DNA of 64,000 nucleotides from an uncultured Candidatus Saccharibacteria bacterium (GTDB lineage Bacteria; Patescibacteriota; Minisyncoccia; Phycocordibacterales; JACOZG01): NCBI GenBank assembly GCA_964460805.1, contig CAYWPU010000002.1, positions 18,663 to 82,662 of the forward strand, read 5' to 3'. Shown piece by piece: positions 35,767 to 44,332 of this stretch (position 1 is its first letter; each line of letters starts with the position of its first letter). The notes under the pieces were generated by a model. It saw only the letters and a program-made list of their open reading frames with translations, ran no database searches and was not told where the DNA came from. The position numbers and the translations under genes were made by a program.

Positions 35767-36597
35767 TTATTTTACCGATTCTAGCATATTTGCACCGTAA
35801 GCTTCCATCAAGTTCTGGAACAGTGAGGCCACGGTCATGGGTCCTACACCGCCCGGGACTGGGGAAATAGCCTCAACAATCTCTCTCACTTCTGCCTGAT
35901 CCACATCCCCCACCAGCTTGCCATTTGCGTCCAAGGAGAGACCCACGTCTATGATAATCTGTCCCGATTTAACGTGTTTCCGCTTAATCAAATTTGGCGA
36001 ACCAGCCGCCACGATCAAGATATCAGCTTGTTTGGTTTCTGCGGCTAAGTCGCTTGTATGACGATGACAAATAGTCACAGTAGCATTACGCGCGAGGAGT
36101 GCGAGTGCGATTGGTTTGCCCACCAGCGCCGAGCGACCCACGACTACCGCTTTCCGTCCGGCGATCTTAATCTGATAGAAATCAAGCAAGTTCAGCACGC
36201 CGCGCGCGGTGGCTGGCGTGTATGGCGAGCCAGCACTCAAGCCGTCCACGTCCTTCTCTCGCGCAATTGCATTTATAATTTGCTCTTTATCTTCAGACAG
36301 ATTTTCCGGCAATGGCAACTGCACGATGATGCCAGATATACTCTGATCTTGATTTAATCTCGCGATTTCCGCTAGCACTTTCTCAGTTCTCACATCGTCA
36401 GTTAATTTTACCAGCTCTACCATTACGCCGATTTGCTCGGCGAATTTTATTTTCCGCTGGATGTATAGATTAGACGCGGCCAAGTTGCCGATCTGGATAA
36501 TCGCTAATGTTGGTTTTTGCTTTAAGGTTTGTATTTTACGAGCCAGAGACTCAGCAATGCTCTGAGCCACCACCCGGCCATCCAGAATTTTTGCCAT
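35767..36597 (-). CDS. folD: Bifunctional methylenetetrahydrofolate dehydrogenase/cyclohydrolase FolD
   Basis: MAKILDGRVVAQSI... plus VVVGRSALVGKP and PGGVGPMT motifs. Confidence 0.95.
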   Translation of the reverse strand: MAKILDGRVVAQSIAESLARKIQTLKQKPTLAIIQIGNLAASNLYIQRKIKFAEQIGVMVELVKLTDDVRTEKVLAEIARLNQDQSISGIIVQLPLPENLSEDKEQIINAIAREKDVDGLSAGSPYTPATARGVLNLLDFYQIKIAGRKAVVVGRSALVGKPIALALLARNATVTICHRHTSDLAAETKQADILIVAAGSPNLIKRKHVKSGQIIIDVGLSLDANGKLVGDVDQAEVREIVEAISPVPGGVGPMTVASLFQNLMEAYGANMLESVK

Positions 36598-36606
36598 GTT
36601 GAAGTT

Positions 36607-37584
36607 TTACAAACTCACACCCACTCTGGCTCTAATATCACGCATCTTATTTTCTGCTATTTGCCTGGCTCGCTCGCCGCCGCGCCTCAGGATCTCTACC
36701 AATCTGTCTGGATTTTTTATCAATTCTTCATAACGCTCGCGCATCGGCGCAAGATATTTGTTCATGTTAGTAGCTAGAATTTCTTTAGATTCTTTATAGC
36801 CAATTTTTCCCTCCACGTATCTCTTTTTTAGTTCAACCAGATCCTGCTCAGAGAATAATTTGTGGAGCGCAAAAACATGACACTCTTCGGGATTTTTTGG
36901 TTCTGATTCAGTTTTAGAATCTGTTTTAATACTCATAACCAATTGCTTAAGCTCGCGCTCAGAACTGAACAAGGGAATAGTATTGCGGTAGCTTTTGCTC
37001 ATCTTCTGCCCGTCCAAGCCAATAACGGTTTTCACATTTTCCAATATCAAGGCCTCAGGCAGTTTTAAAGTCTCGCCGTAGACGCGATTAAATTTCTCCG
37101 CCGCATCGCGCGCAATCTCAATGTGCTGTTTCTGATCCTGACCAACCGGCACCACGTCTGGGCTATAGAGCAGGATATCCGCCGCCATCAAGAGCGGATA
37201 ATTAAAGAGTCCCACGTTCACCTCTTTGTTTTTTGCCTCGGCGTCTTTATAAGCATGCGCGCGCATCAGGTAGGGCATGGTGGTCAAGCATTCCAGGATC
37301 CAAGCTAATTCCGCGTGAGCCGGCACATCAGATTGCTTGAAGAGCGTGACGCGCTCTGGATCCAAGCCAATAGCTAGATAAGTAGCGGCGAGAGCGAGCG
37401 TGTCTCTACGGAGTTGCTCGGGGTCTTGCACTGTGGTGAGTGCGTGGTAATCCGCGAGCATCACAAAGGCTTGATACTGGTCTTGGAGATCCACAAATTG
37501 CTTGAGCGCGCCAAAATAGTTGCCAATATGCGGCGCACCGGAGGGCTTAACGCCCGAGAGGAGAATTGGCTGTGGATTAGACAT
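36607..37584 (-). CDS. trpS: Tryptophanyl-tRNA synthetase
   Basis: SGVKPSGAPHIGNY (HIGH-like) and KMSKS. Confidence 0.95.
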   Translation of the reverse strand: MSNPQPILLSGVKPSGAPHIGNYFGALKQFVDLQDQYQAFVMLADYHALTTVQDPEQLRRDTLALAATYLAIGLDPERVTLFKQSDVPAHAELAWILECLTTMPYLMRAHAYKDAEAKNKEVNVGLFNYPLLMAADILLYSPDVVPVGQDQKQHIEIARDAAEKFNRVYGETLKLPEALILENVKTVIGLDGQKMSKSYRNTIPLFSSERELKQLVMSIKTDSKTESEPKNPEECHVFALHKLFSEQDLVELKKRYVEGKIGYKESKEILATNMNKYLAPMRERYEELIKNPDRLVEILRRGGERARQIAENKMRDIRARVGVSL

Positions 37585-37702
37585 TGCTTATCACTTTAGC
37601 AAAAATGTTATAATTTTTCCAGTTTAGATTCTTTGACAATCTAGCAAGCACCAAAAAGTGCTTAACCAACCGGGACCAAGTCCCAGAAAGCGAGCGTGCG
37701 CG

Positions 37703-38629
37703 ATGTGGAAGAAGATGCTTTGTGTGGTGGTTGTAGTTTGCTCGGTAGCTCTGGTGAGCTGTGATTCTGACCTAGCTTCTCTCAGTAGTCGGGAGTTGGC
37801 CTATCTGGGCTGTCAACAGGTTGGATTCAACGAAGATGACAGCGATTTGTTCTATGGCATGTTTGCTGGCTTCAAAGATGACGGCCTCACCTTTGAACAA
37901 GCACTTATAGCCATCGCCCGGACTTGTGATCAAGCTTGTTCAGGGACGACAACAGATTGCCTTACACCTTGCCAGGCGTGTCTCGGTGCTTTGGCACAAG
38001 CGGTTTACTACCCGGACGGAGTGGTACCTGAGCCTGACGAAGATAGCCTGAACCTCAGGATACCTTTGCCGGGCGGTAAGTATTGGCTCCTAACCATTGG
38101 TCCGGGTGGCTACGATTGTTCTGACGGGAGATACGACCAGTATCATCGGGGTGAAAACTACTACTCGTTTGACTTTGATGATGCTTATCTTGTGTCTAAT
38201 GGTGGCAACCTGATAAATGCTACCGGCGATACCCCGGTGCTTGCCGCGGCTAGCGGCAGAGTCGCTGTGGTGGGCTCCGATCCCAACCACGCGAATGGTT
38301 ATTACATTGTGTTGAAACATGGATCACCAGCCAGTATTGACCTGAACAGTGGTTATTCAACGCGTTACCTGCATCTCAAATATGCTCCCGCTTTAAGTGT
38401 GGGAGACGATGTCCGCCAGGGTGATAAGCTTGGTGTCCTTGGGAACTCCGGTCCGTATTCTGAGGGGACTCATCTGCACTTTGGCGTCAGGAAGAACAAT
38501 TCCGGAACACGAGACGATGTGGCTTTTGCAAATGTCAGGTTAGAGGGTCAACCGCTCGGATCGTTCAAGACTGGGTGCGATGCTTCTGGCGTGTGGAACC
38601 TGTGTTATCTCTCCACTAACCAACCCTAA
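37703..38629 (+). CDS. M23-family peptidase lipoprotein with a Cys-rich N-terminal region
   Basis: Lipobox LVSC. N-terminal module with ~10 Cys. C-terminal M23 domain (...GSDPNHANGYYIV..., GNSGPYSEGTHLHF). Start chosen at the internal ATG (MWKKML...). Confidence 0.8.
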   Translation: MWKKMLCVVVVVCSVALVSCDSDLASLSSRELAYLGCQQVGFNEDDSDLFYGMFAGFKDDGLTFEQALIAIARTCDQACSGTTTDCLTPCQACLGALAQAVYYPDGVVPEPDEDSLNLRIPLPGGKYWLLTIGPGGYDCSDGRYDQYHRGENYYSFDFDDAYLVSNGGNLINATGDTPVLAAASGRVAVVGSDPNHANGYYIVLKHGSPASIDLNSGYSTRYLHLKYAPALSVGDDVRQGDKLGVLGNSGPYSEGTHLHFGVRKNNSGTRDDVAFANVRLEGQPLGSFKTGCDASGVWNLCYLSTNQP

Positions 38630-38642
38630 GATGCACGCAAGA

Positions 38643-38686
38643 CAAAAACAGGTAAGTCCGTAAACCGCGGCTTACCTGTTTTTTTA
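38643..38686. terminator. Bidirectional intrinsic terminator
   Basis: aaaaacaggtaag-14nt-cttacctgttttttt, flanked by A- and T-runs, between convergent genes. Confidence 0.7.
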
Positions 38687-39946
38687 ATTCACAAATTTAA
38701 ATGTCTTGGCGACCTCCTCCAGCAGATATCTGTCCTGCTCGGCGTAGTTTGAGGACAGGTAACTCTTGAGTATCACAAACCGACCCCCGCTGCTGCGGAA
38801 CACGAACCTGAGCCAGCGGTTTTGCTCATCTTCACTACTAGTGCTGAGAGTTCTCACTCCCGCCTGATCTACTTCCCAGCGGCCGGAGCTATAACTCTGT
38901 TTTGAAACTTCAGCATTATTTATAGTTTTTCTTTCTTCTGCGTGAACAACAGTGTAGAGGTGCACACCCTGGTACTCTCCAGAATAGTCATCCAAGGTGG
39001 CGGCAGCTGGATTCGCACTTGATTCATATTTCTCCAGTGGCAAGTGGATCCAGACGGAAGAATGACCGGTATTCTGATCGGCGTTAGTTAAAACAATACT
39101 ATCCCCTTGTGGTACGCCCTCTCGCTGTACTCGCGCGACCCGGTAGCCTTGGGGGTATTTAATCTCAAAACCGTATTGATCATTGCGATAGGTAATCCAA
39201 GAATTTTTGTCAGAAAACACGTCCTCTTGAACCTCTTTTTTTCCATACACCTGATAGTCCGCCTCTAGTCGTGCGAGTTCTTGTGGCGATATAATAGTTT
39301 CTTCGCCTGTTTCAGGATTCCAAATTGTATTTCTGTCTTCGCAATAGTCACAACCGGCCGAACTAGAGAGCAGTAAAATAGAGTGTCCCTCTTTGGACCA
39401 CCTCTGTTCTCGTGTTGTCCGATTGACTGAGCTGACAAGACCATTTTGCACATCAACAACCCCCAGTCCCGAGCCTTCTTTGTAAGCTGTTAAGAAAGAA
39501 ATATAATTTCCATCGCTAGACCACCGGGGCCTAGCGATCAATACTACTCCTGTTAAATTGGGAGCCCAACGATTGGTTTCTCCAATGCGATTGACAACAC
39601 TACTAATCTGTTGGCTCTCCAGGTCCATGACTTTTAGACCATTTTTGTCTATATAGGCAATTTTTCTTCGATCCGGGGAAAAATCTACTCCAGCCGGCAG
39701 TCCAGACCAATAATTGCCGCTATTGTTTGCCGGTACGCTTTCCTCAAATTCCAAGACTTTCTCTTTTTGCCCGGCAGCCGTTGCCTTGTACACGGTCGTC
39801 AGCGACCCACGCTTGGTGGCAGAGAAAACGGATTCTGCGTGATTATTATTGTTTGATCCCGTTCTCTTGATGTTAGAGAAAACGATTCCAACCAACCCAA
39901 TTAATACAATCAGCGCAAACGCTCCTAGAATATTTTTATTCTTCAT
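38684..39946 (-). CDS. Hypothetical secreted protein with a TolB-like/WD40-like beta-propeller region
   Basis: Signal peptide/TM. Repeated ...DG..IAY/...SPDG...-type strands (PD40-like) followed by a C-terminal beta-rich domain. Confidence 0.55.
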   Translation of the reverse strand: MKNKNILGAFALIVLIGLVGIVFSNIKRTGSNNNNHAESVFSATKRGSLTTVYKATAAGQKEKVLEFEESVPANNSGNYWSGLPAGVDFSPDRRKIAYIDKNGLKVMDLESQQISSVVNRIGETNRWAPNLTGVVLIARPRWSSDGNYISFLTAYKEGSGLGVVDVQNGLVSSVNRTTREQRWSKEGHSILLLSSSAGCDYCEDRNTIWNPETGEETIISPQELARLEADYQVYGKKEVQEDVFSDKNSWITYRNDQYGFEIKYPQGYRVARVQREGVPQGDSIVLTNADQNTGHSSVWIHLPLEKYESSANPAAATLDDYSGEYQGVHLYTVVHAEERKTINNAEVSKQSYSSGRWEVDQAGVRTLSTSSEDEQNRWLRFVFRSSGGRFVILKSYLSSNYAEQDRYLLEEVAKTFKFVN

Positions 39947-39964
39947 AATTTAAATTATACCTTT

Positions 39965-41617
39965 CTAAATTTCCACCACAAACGTGCTGCCTTGTCCTGG
40001 ACCGGCCGATTCGGCCCAGATCTTGCCCTTGTGCGCTTCCACAATCTGCTTGGCTACATAGAGACCAAGACCGGTGCCGACAATATTGACCTTGCCGGCA
40101 TCAGGCGCGCGAGTGAACTTCTCAAAGAGGTGGCTGGCAGCATCGGGTGTGAGACCGACGCCCGTATCTTGCACAGCCAGGCGCACTTTGCCGGTATTTG
40201 TTCTCATCAGACTCACTTTGATTTCCCCCTGCTTGGTGTACTTGATAGCGTTATCAATCAGATTAGTCACCACCTGGCTGATCTTGCCGGAATCAGCGGT
40301 GACCTTGTAATCCAAGCCTTCCTCAGCTTGGAACGAGAGCTTGAGGCCGCGCGCTTCCACCTGGTGGGACTGTTCGCGGATCACCATCTCCGTCATCTGC
40401 CGCAGGTCCATCTCGGCCATCTCGTACTTCATCTTACCCAGCTCAATGCGCGTGATATTCAAGAAGTCCTCAATCACTGTTACCAGCTTCTGGCTAGATT
40501 GGAAAACCACATCCACCGCCCCGCGCACCTTCTCCCCCACTTCGCCAAACGAGCCCTCCAGGATCATGGACGAGTAGCCCTTGATCGCCGTCAGCGGTGC
40601 GCGCAGTTGGTGCGAGGCAATGGAGAGGAATTCGGTTTTCTGTTTGTCTAGTTCACGGAGCTTGTCGTTGGCAACTTGGAGTTGTTCGCGTAATGCCACT
40701 TCTTTTTTGACGCTACGAACTAGCAGCATTCCTCCAATAACCGTAATGACGAGCGTGATTCCATTTAGCAAACGATTAGCTGGCGTTTTAATAAAGAAGA
40801 ATTGGGAACCAACTAGCACAGATATTACGACGGCCAGCGCTTGCGTGGCAATGAGCTTGATATCAAACTCATTGTATTTCACAATTAAATAAGAAAGAAA
40901 GGCAACAAATACTGGCATACCGAATAATCCCCACTGTGGCAACCTCCAGTCATCTGTTAGGCTACCTATAATATTTCCTGAAGAAAAAGTGAGCAGAAAG
41001 AGAATTATTCCTACTCCAATCAACAGAATTTTTTTTCTTTGAGTCTTTCCGGGGGCTTTTTGATAACTCCTGACTGAGAAAAGAGCTATCCATAACATAT
41101 AAAATATCTCTACCAAATAAGCGTAGTGTGTTAATGGACCCTCTATCGCCTCTCTATTACAATTTGTTAGATCGTATCCCAAAAGAGTGAATTTAGTGGG
41201 AATCAACAAGACGAAAGGTAATAATGGGAGAAAGACCCCAATCTTGCTGGGCAAAGAGGTGTCTCTGTTATGGATAAAAACCTGGACAAAATAGAGACCA
41301 GAAGCATATATAAACGGTTCGATAAGATTTACGATGGACCAAAAGAAAATCGTATAATCCGGTCGATCTGTAGCCCAAAGAATGAGGTCAAAAAACGCCC
41401 AAAGAGAGAAGAGAAGAGTGATGGTAAATAAAATCCTAGTGTGTAAAAGTTTTGGATTTTTGTAGAGTACAAAAAAACCAACGGTCAAAGAGACCACAAT
41501 CGGCACTATATGTGAATAGTATATGAGTGGGTCAAAAACATTCTCAGAGACAATTAAAAAATTTGTTGTATCCCACTCACAAGCAGAAATCAAGGTTTCT
41601 ATAGCATTATTGAACAT
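39965..41617 (-). CDS. Sensor histidine kinase with a large multi-TM N-terminal sensor domain (orphan; no response regulator nearby)
   Basis: About 8 TM helices, coiled coil, H-box SIASHQLRAPLTAIKGY, and N, G1 (DTGVGL) and G2 (GTGLGL) boxes of HATPase_c. Confidence 0.85.
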   Translation of the reverse strand: MFNNAIETLISACEWDTTNFLIVSENVFDPLIYYSHIVPIVVSLTVGFFVLYKNPKLLHTRILFTITLLFSLWAFFDLILWATDRPDYTIFFWSIVNLIEPFIYASGLYFVQVFIHNRDTSLPSKIGVFLPLLPFVLLIPTKFTLLGYDLTNCNREAIEGPLTHYAYLVEIFYMLWIALFSVRSYQKAPGKTQRKKILLIGVGIILFLLTFSSGNIIGSLTDDWRLPQWGLFGMPVFVAFLSYLIVKYNEFDIKLIATQALAVVISVLVGSQFFFIKTPANRLLNGITLVITVIGGMLLVRSVKKEVALREQLQVANDKLRELDKQKTEFLSIASHQLRAPLTAIKGYSSMILEGSFGEVGEKVRGAVDVVFQSSQKLVTVIEDFLNITRIELGKMKYEMAEMDLRQMTEMVIREQSHQVEARGLKLSFQAEEGLDYKVTADSGKISQVVTNLIDNAIKYTKQGEIKVSLMRTNTGKVRLAVQDTGVGLTPDAASHLFEKFTRAPDAGKVNIVGTGLGLYVAKQIVEAHKGKIWAESAGPGQGSTFVVEI

Positions 41618-41795
41618 AAGAACGAATTAAGGTATTGATCTCAGAAAACAAATCTGTGTAATCGGGTATCTGATCCTCGGAAACAAAGATATCGAACCTT
41701 TTAAGTATCATGGTATCATGGAATGTCACCAAAACTGCTGCACATATCAAAATCAACAGTCCCGCGAAGAATATTTGTGATTGACGATTAATCAT
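41607..41795 (-). CDS. Hypothetical small membrane protein (62 aa)
   Basis: One TM helix; its start overlaps the SET gene stop (ATGA) and its end overlaps the HK start, suggesting translational coupling. Confidence 0.4.
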   Translation of the reverse strand: MINRQSQIFFAGLLILICAAVLVTFHDTMILKRFDIFVSEDQIPDYTDLFSEINTLIRSYVQ

Positions 41796-42292
41796 CGTGT
41801 GGTTCCCGTAGATGGCAAATTATTTGTCTGCTGATAAACCTTGCGAAAATCAGTGGATATGTAGGGTAGATAATCTTTAAATTTTTTTGCTGGAAGAAAT
41901 GATATTGAGCGAATAATTTTTCTACAGTCAGGAAGTTTGCAACCACATTTCATAAACCATCGCGGGTCTGCCTCTATGATTGAATAGTCGACGGTAACTT
42001 CGGTATTCTTGGGTATATTGGTCAGGGCAATTAGAGTCTTCTGTCCCTTAACAGCCGTGTTAGGTTTGCAAGAGTGGTTTAAATACTTATAAGGTGGCAC
42101 AGGATCGACCCAATAATTCTTCTTAAATCCAACCCAGTCTGGATGAGACAAAGCATCCTTTAGATTTCTATTCACCTTGAACATTCTGGGGCCCTTTATA
42201 ATGCATACCACTTCTCCCTTTTTGATGTCTTGTGACGCAAAAATACCAAGACCATGAATCCCGCTCTTTTTGTATGTAATCTTCTTGGCCAT
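41792..42292 (-). CDS. SET-domain protein (putative protein-lysine N-methyltransferase)
   Basis: GLGIFA (GxG), NHSCKPN, EVTVDY and a post-SET Cys cluster FMKCGCKLPDC form the complete SET signature set. Confidence 0.8.
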   Translation of the reverse strand: MAKKITYKKSGIHGLGIFASQDIKKGEVVCIIKGPRMFKVNRNLKDALSHPDWVGFKKNYWVDPVPPYKYLNHSCKPNTAVKGQKTLIALTNIPKNTEVTVDYSIIEADPRWFMKCGCKLPDCRKIIRSISFLPAKKFKDYLPYISTDFRKVYQQTNNLPSTGTTR

Positions 42293-42329
42293 TGTTGAAG
42301 CAAGAACTAAACGTCTGATCTGACAATAA

Positions 42330-42920
42330 TTACGAAGTGGTTTTCACCTTTCTGTACAAGAAACCCGTTATAATACCGTCTATTATTAGAGTATAGACTG
42401 GATATATCAAAATAGCAAATGTAAAACTGTTCACGGCAAGCATGTTTAAAACGTTCCCTGTGCTAGTGAGCGTCCAAGCAAAGCGATCTTCCTCCTCCGG
42501 TTTGCTCCATGATTTTGCCACGGTGGGGATGGCTGCGAAAAAATCTATCGCTAAGTTTGTAACAAGCGCCACTACAGCCGAGCCAGTAAGATACCAGAGC
42601 AGGCAACTGATCCCCGCACCGAAGATGCACAAAAAGTCTAACTTCTCCGCCGGGCCGCCTTCGCCATATTTAAGCGACAACAACGCAATTATAAGTGGAG
42701 CAATAGATTCGCTTACTGGCACCCAGATGGTGGTTGTAGCTCCGGAGTAATAATAACTGGCTAGTAAAATAACACCTATTACACCCCAGATCCACCAGGT
42801 CGTCCGGTTAGGTTTGGTGGTGCCGCGGATAATCGCCACAATATAAAAAATGTAAGCGGCGAAAGAAAATATGCCTGCGGAAACGCCGAAAATGACGCTA
42901 TAAGACATTACGATGACCAA
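42330..42920 (-). CDS. Hypothetical polytopic membrane protein (196 aa)
   Basis: Five to six hydrophobic helices; no family recognised. Confidence 0.55.
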   Translation of the reverse strand: MVIVMSYSVIFGVSAGIFSFAAYIFYIVAIIRGTTKPNRTTWWIWGVIGVILLASYYYSGATTTIWVPVSESIAPLIIALLSLKYGEGGPAEKLDFLCIFGAGISCLLWYLTGSAVVALVTNLAIDFFAAIPTVAKSWSKPEEEDRFAWTLTSTGNVLNMLAVNSFTFAILIYPVYTLIIDGIITGFLYRKVKTTS

Positions 42921-42942
42921 AGTATAGCACAGTGAGTGGGCT

Positions 42943-43212
42943 TTAAGTCACTCTTTTAGAGTGTACAACGGCTTGCTTCTCGATTAAAACAGTATTCGTT
43001 ATTTCACCGCTTGGATGGATAGGTACTCGGGCTAAAACAAGATAATCAGTCTTTGTCTCTTTTATCAGGAATGCAGACAAGTGAATCACCTCCCCACCTG
43101 ACTTAGATGCTCTGTAGACCAGAAATATAACTGGAAATTTTAATTTTTTTGAGGTTACTGGATTAACTTTACCAGACACAAGCTTAGGCAATTTTTTTGA
43201 AATAGGTGACAA
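42943..43212 (-). CDS. Hypothetical small protein, paralog 1 (89 aa; TTG start)
   Basis: Shares KKLPxL...P(V/I)(I/V)F(L/I)VYR...(S/V)AGFLI(K/E)(E/D)...DY(L/V)(V/I)...(I/T)(E/I)(K/P)(Q/K)AVV with the adjacent ORF. Its start overlaps the stop of the upstream paralog. Confidence 0.5.
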   Translation of the reverse strand: MSPISKKLPKLVSGKVNPVTSKKLKFPVIFLVYRASKSGGEVIHLSAFLIKETKTDYLVLARVPIHPSGEITNTVLIEKQAVVHSKRVT

Positions 43213-43483
43213 CCGCTTTGGGTATCGTCATTGCGCCTCTCAGGTCGTCGTTCTGGTTGGTTACGATTTCTCGACTAATTACATAATTATCATTGTTGTC
43301 CTCGATCAAGAAACCAGCAACATGAAAAATGTGCAAGGGAAAACCGCTGTTGATCTTACACTGACCCTCCCACAACACTATGTCTCGATAGACAATAAAG
43401 ACGACAGGGTATTTATTTTTATTGTTGCTGCCTTTCATGGCTTTGTTAGGTAAAATAGGCAGTTTTTTGTTAGGAACTGCCAA
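43184..43483 (-). CDS. Hypothetical small protein, paralog 2 (start uncertain)
   Basis: Paralog of 42943..43212. The track ORF runs to a GTG at 43612 through a GC-rich tract. A TTG at ~43483 gives an N-terminus (LAVPNKKLPIL...) that aligns with paralog 1. Confidence 0.45.
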   Translation of the reverse strand: MAVPNKKLPILPNKAMKGSNNKNKYPVVFIVYRDIVLWEGQCKINSGFPLHIFHVAGFLIEDNNDNYVISREIVTNQNDDLRGAMTIPKAVVTYFKKIA

Positions 43484-43502
43484 ACCTATCTTCTCGCCGG
43501 AA

Positions 43503-43637
43503 TCACTTCCCGCGAGGACCTCCGCGACTGCCACCACCCGAGCCGTTGTTGCCCGTGCTGGAGCCGCCGCCGTTCCCGCCAGTCTGACCGGTGCCACTGC
43601 CACCGTTTCCACCAGCGCTGTGTGTTGTCCTCAACAT
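43503..43637 (-). CDS. Small ORF encoding a Gly/Asn/Ser/Thr-rich 44-aa peptide (MLRTTHSAGGNGGSGTGQTGGNGGGSSTGNNGSGGGSRGGPRGK)
   Basis: ATG preceded by a GAAGGGAG SD (5-6 nt spacing) and a TTGnnn-17/18-TATATA promoter-like element. GGN codon periodicity across an anomalous ~120-nt GC-rich tract. Stop overlaps the putative paralog-2 start. Confidence 0.4.
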   Translation of the reverse strand: MLRTTHSAGGNGGSGTGQTGGNGGGSSTGNNGSGGGSRGGPRGK

Positions 43638-43644
43638 AAGGACT

Positions 43645-43680
43645 CCCTTCTGTGGCTATATAAACCACTTTTGGCGAACT
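43645..43680 (-). promoter_or_regulatory. Putative promoter for the Gly-rich peptide/paralog operon
   Basis: The reverse complement reads ...gCTGATTcagttcgccaaaagtggtTTATATAgccacagaaGGGAGtccttATG. An upstream 7-bp hairpin gaatcag/ctgattc is present. Confidence 0.35.
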
Positions 43681-43819
43681 GAATCAGCAACGCACTGATT
43701 CTTGGACCAAGTATAACACGGTCTCAAAATATATCAAATAGTTCAGCTTTCACCAGATCGCTGATTGAGGGTAATTTCTCCATAACAACCAGTTCATCCA
43801 AATCTTAACACACAAAAAT

Positions 43820-44260
43820 CTACTTGTATATTCCTTTCAGTTGCTCCTCAGAAAGATTTTCATAAGAGAGCTGGGGGTCACAGTAATGCCGCCCGGTTTT
43901 AATTTTACCTTCATCGTCAAATTCCCAGACAATCACCATTGGCGTGCGATAGTATACGCCAATTTTTTTAGGATCAGGATAGCTCTCTATCAATTCGGCC
44001 ATCACCACTCTATCTTGAGCTAGAATGTGTTTGATATCATATTGACGACCTTCAACCACATAGACCTCTTTCATCGCGTCCTTAACCTGCTGCATACCCA
44101 CCGAAGGAAAAAGTATTCCGTCTCTCCGTTTATAAACCCAGGTCATGGAGTATTTGTCCGACATTTTACTTAAAGCAGAGGCAATATCACCTCGAATTTC
44201 GTCATCAAGTATCTGACGGATAGTATTTATATTGTCTTGTTCTATTGTGTGATTATTCAT
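43820..44260 (-). CDS. Hypothetical protein, possibly NTF2-like/SnoaL-like fold (146 aa)
   Basis: Size and alternating hydrophobic pattern fit an alpha+beta cone fold; no motif-level certainty. Confidence 0.4.
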   Translation of the reverse strand: MNNHTIEQDNINTIRQILDDEIRGDIASALSKMSDKYSMTWVYKRRDGILFPSVGMQQVKDAMKEVYVVEGRQYDIKHILAQDRVVMAELIESYPDPKKIGVYYRTPMVIVWEFDDEGKIKTGRHYCDPQLSYENLSEEQLKGIYK

Positions 44261-44332
44261 ATATATTTTATTCTAAAAATAGATCCCGCAACCATTAAGT
44301 CACGGGATCCTAGAGGAGCCAGCCTGGTGTGG

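Noticed and set aside
39992-40892. Several 78-219-aa + strand ORFs inside the histidine kinase gene
   Set aside because: They are antisense to a well-supported HK (H-box and HATPase motifs). Their translations are Leu/His/Arg-rich and low-complexity.
43484-43682. Ala-rich N-terminal extension of paralog 2 (GTG start at 43612), plus the track ORFs 43422..43682 (+) and 43486..43668 (-) over the same GC-rich tract
   Set aside because: All are alternative-frame readings of one GGN-periodic tract. Only the Gly frame has an ATG plus SD and a promoter-like element. The Ala frame starts at GTG with no SD and breaks the N-terminal alignment between the two paralogs.
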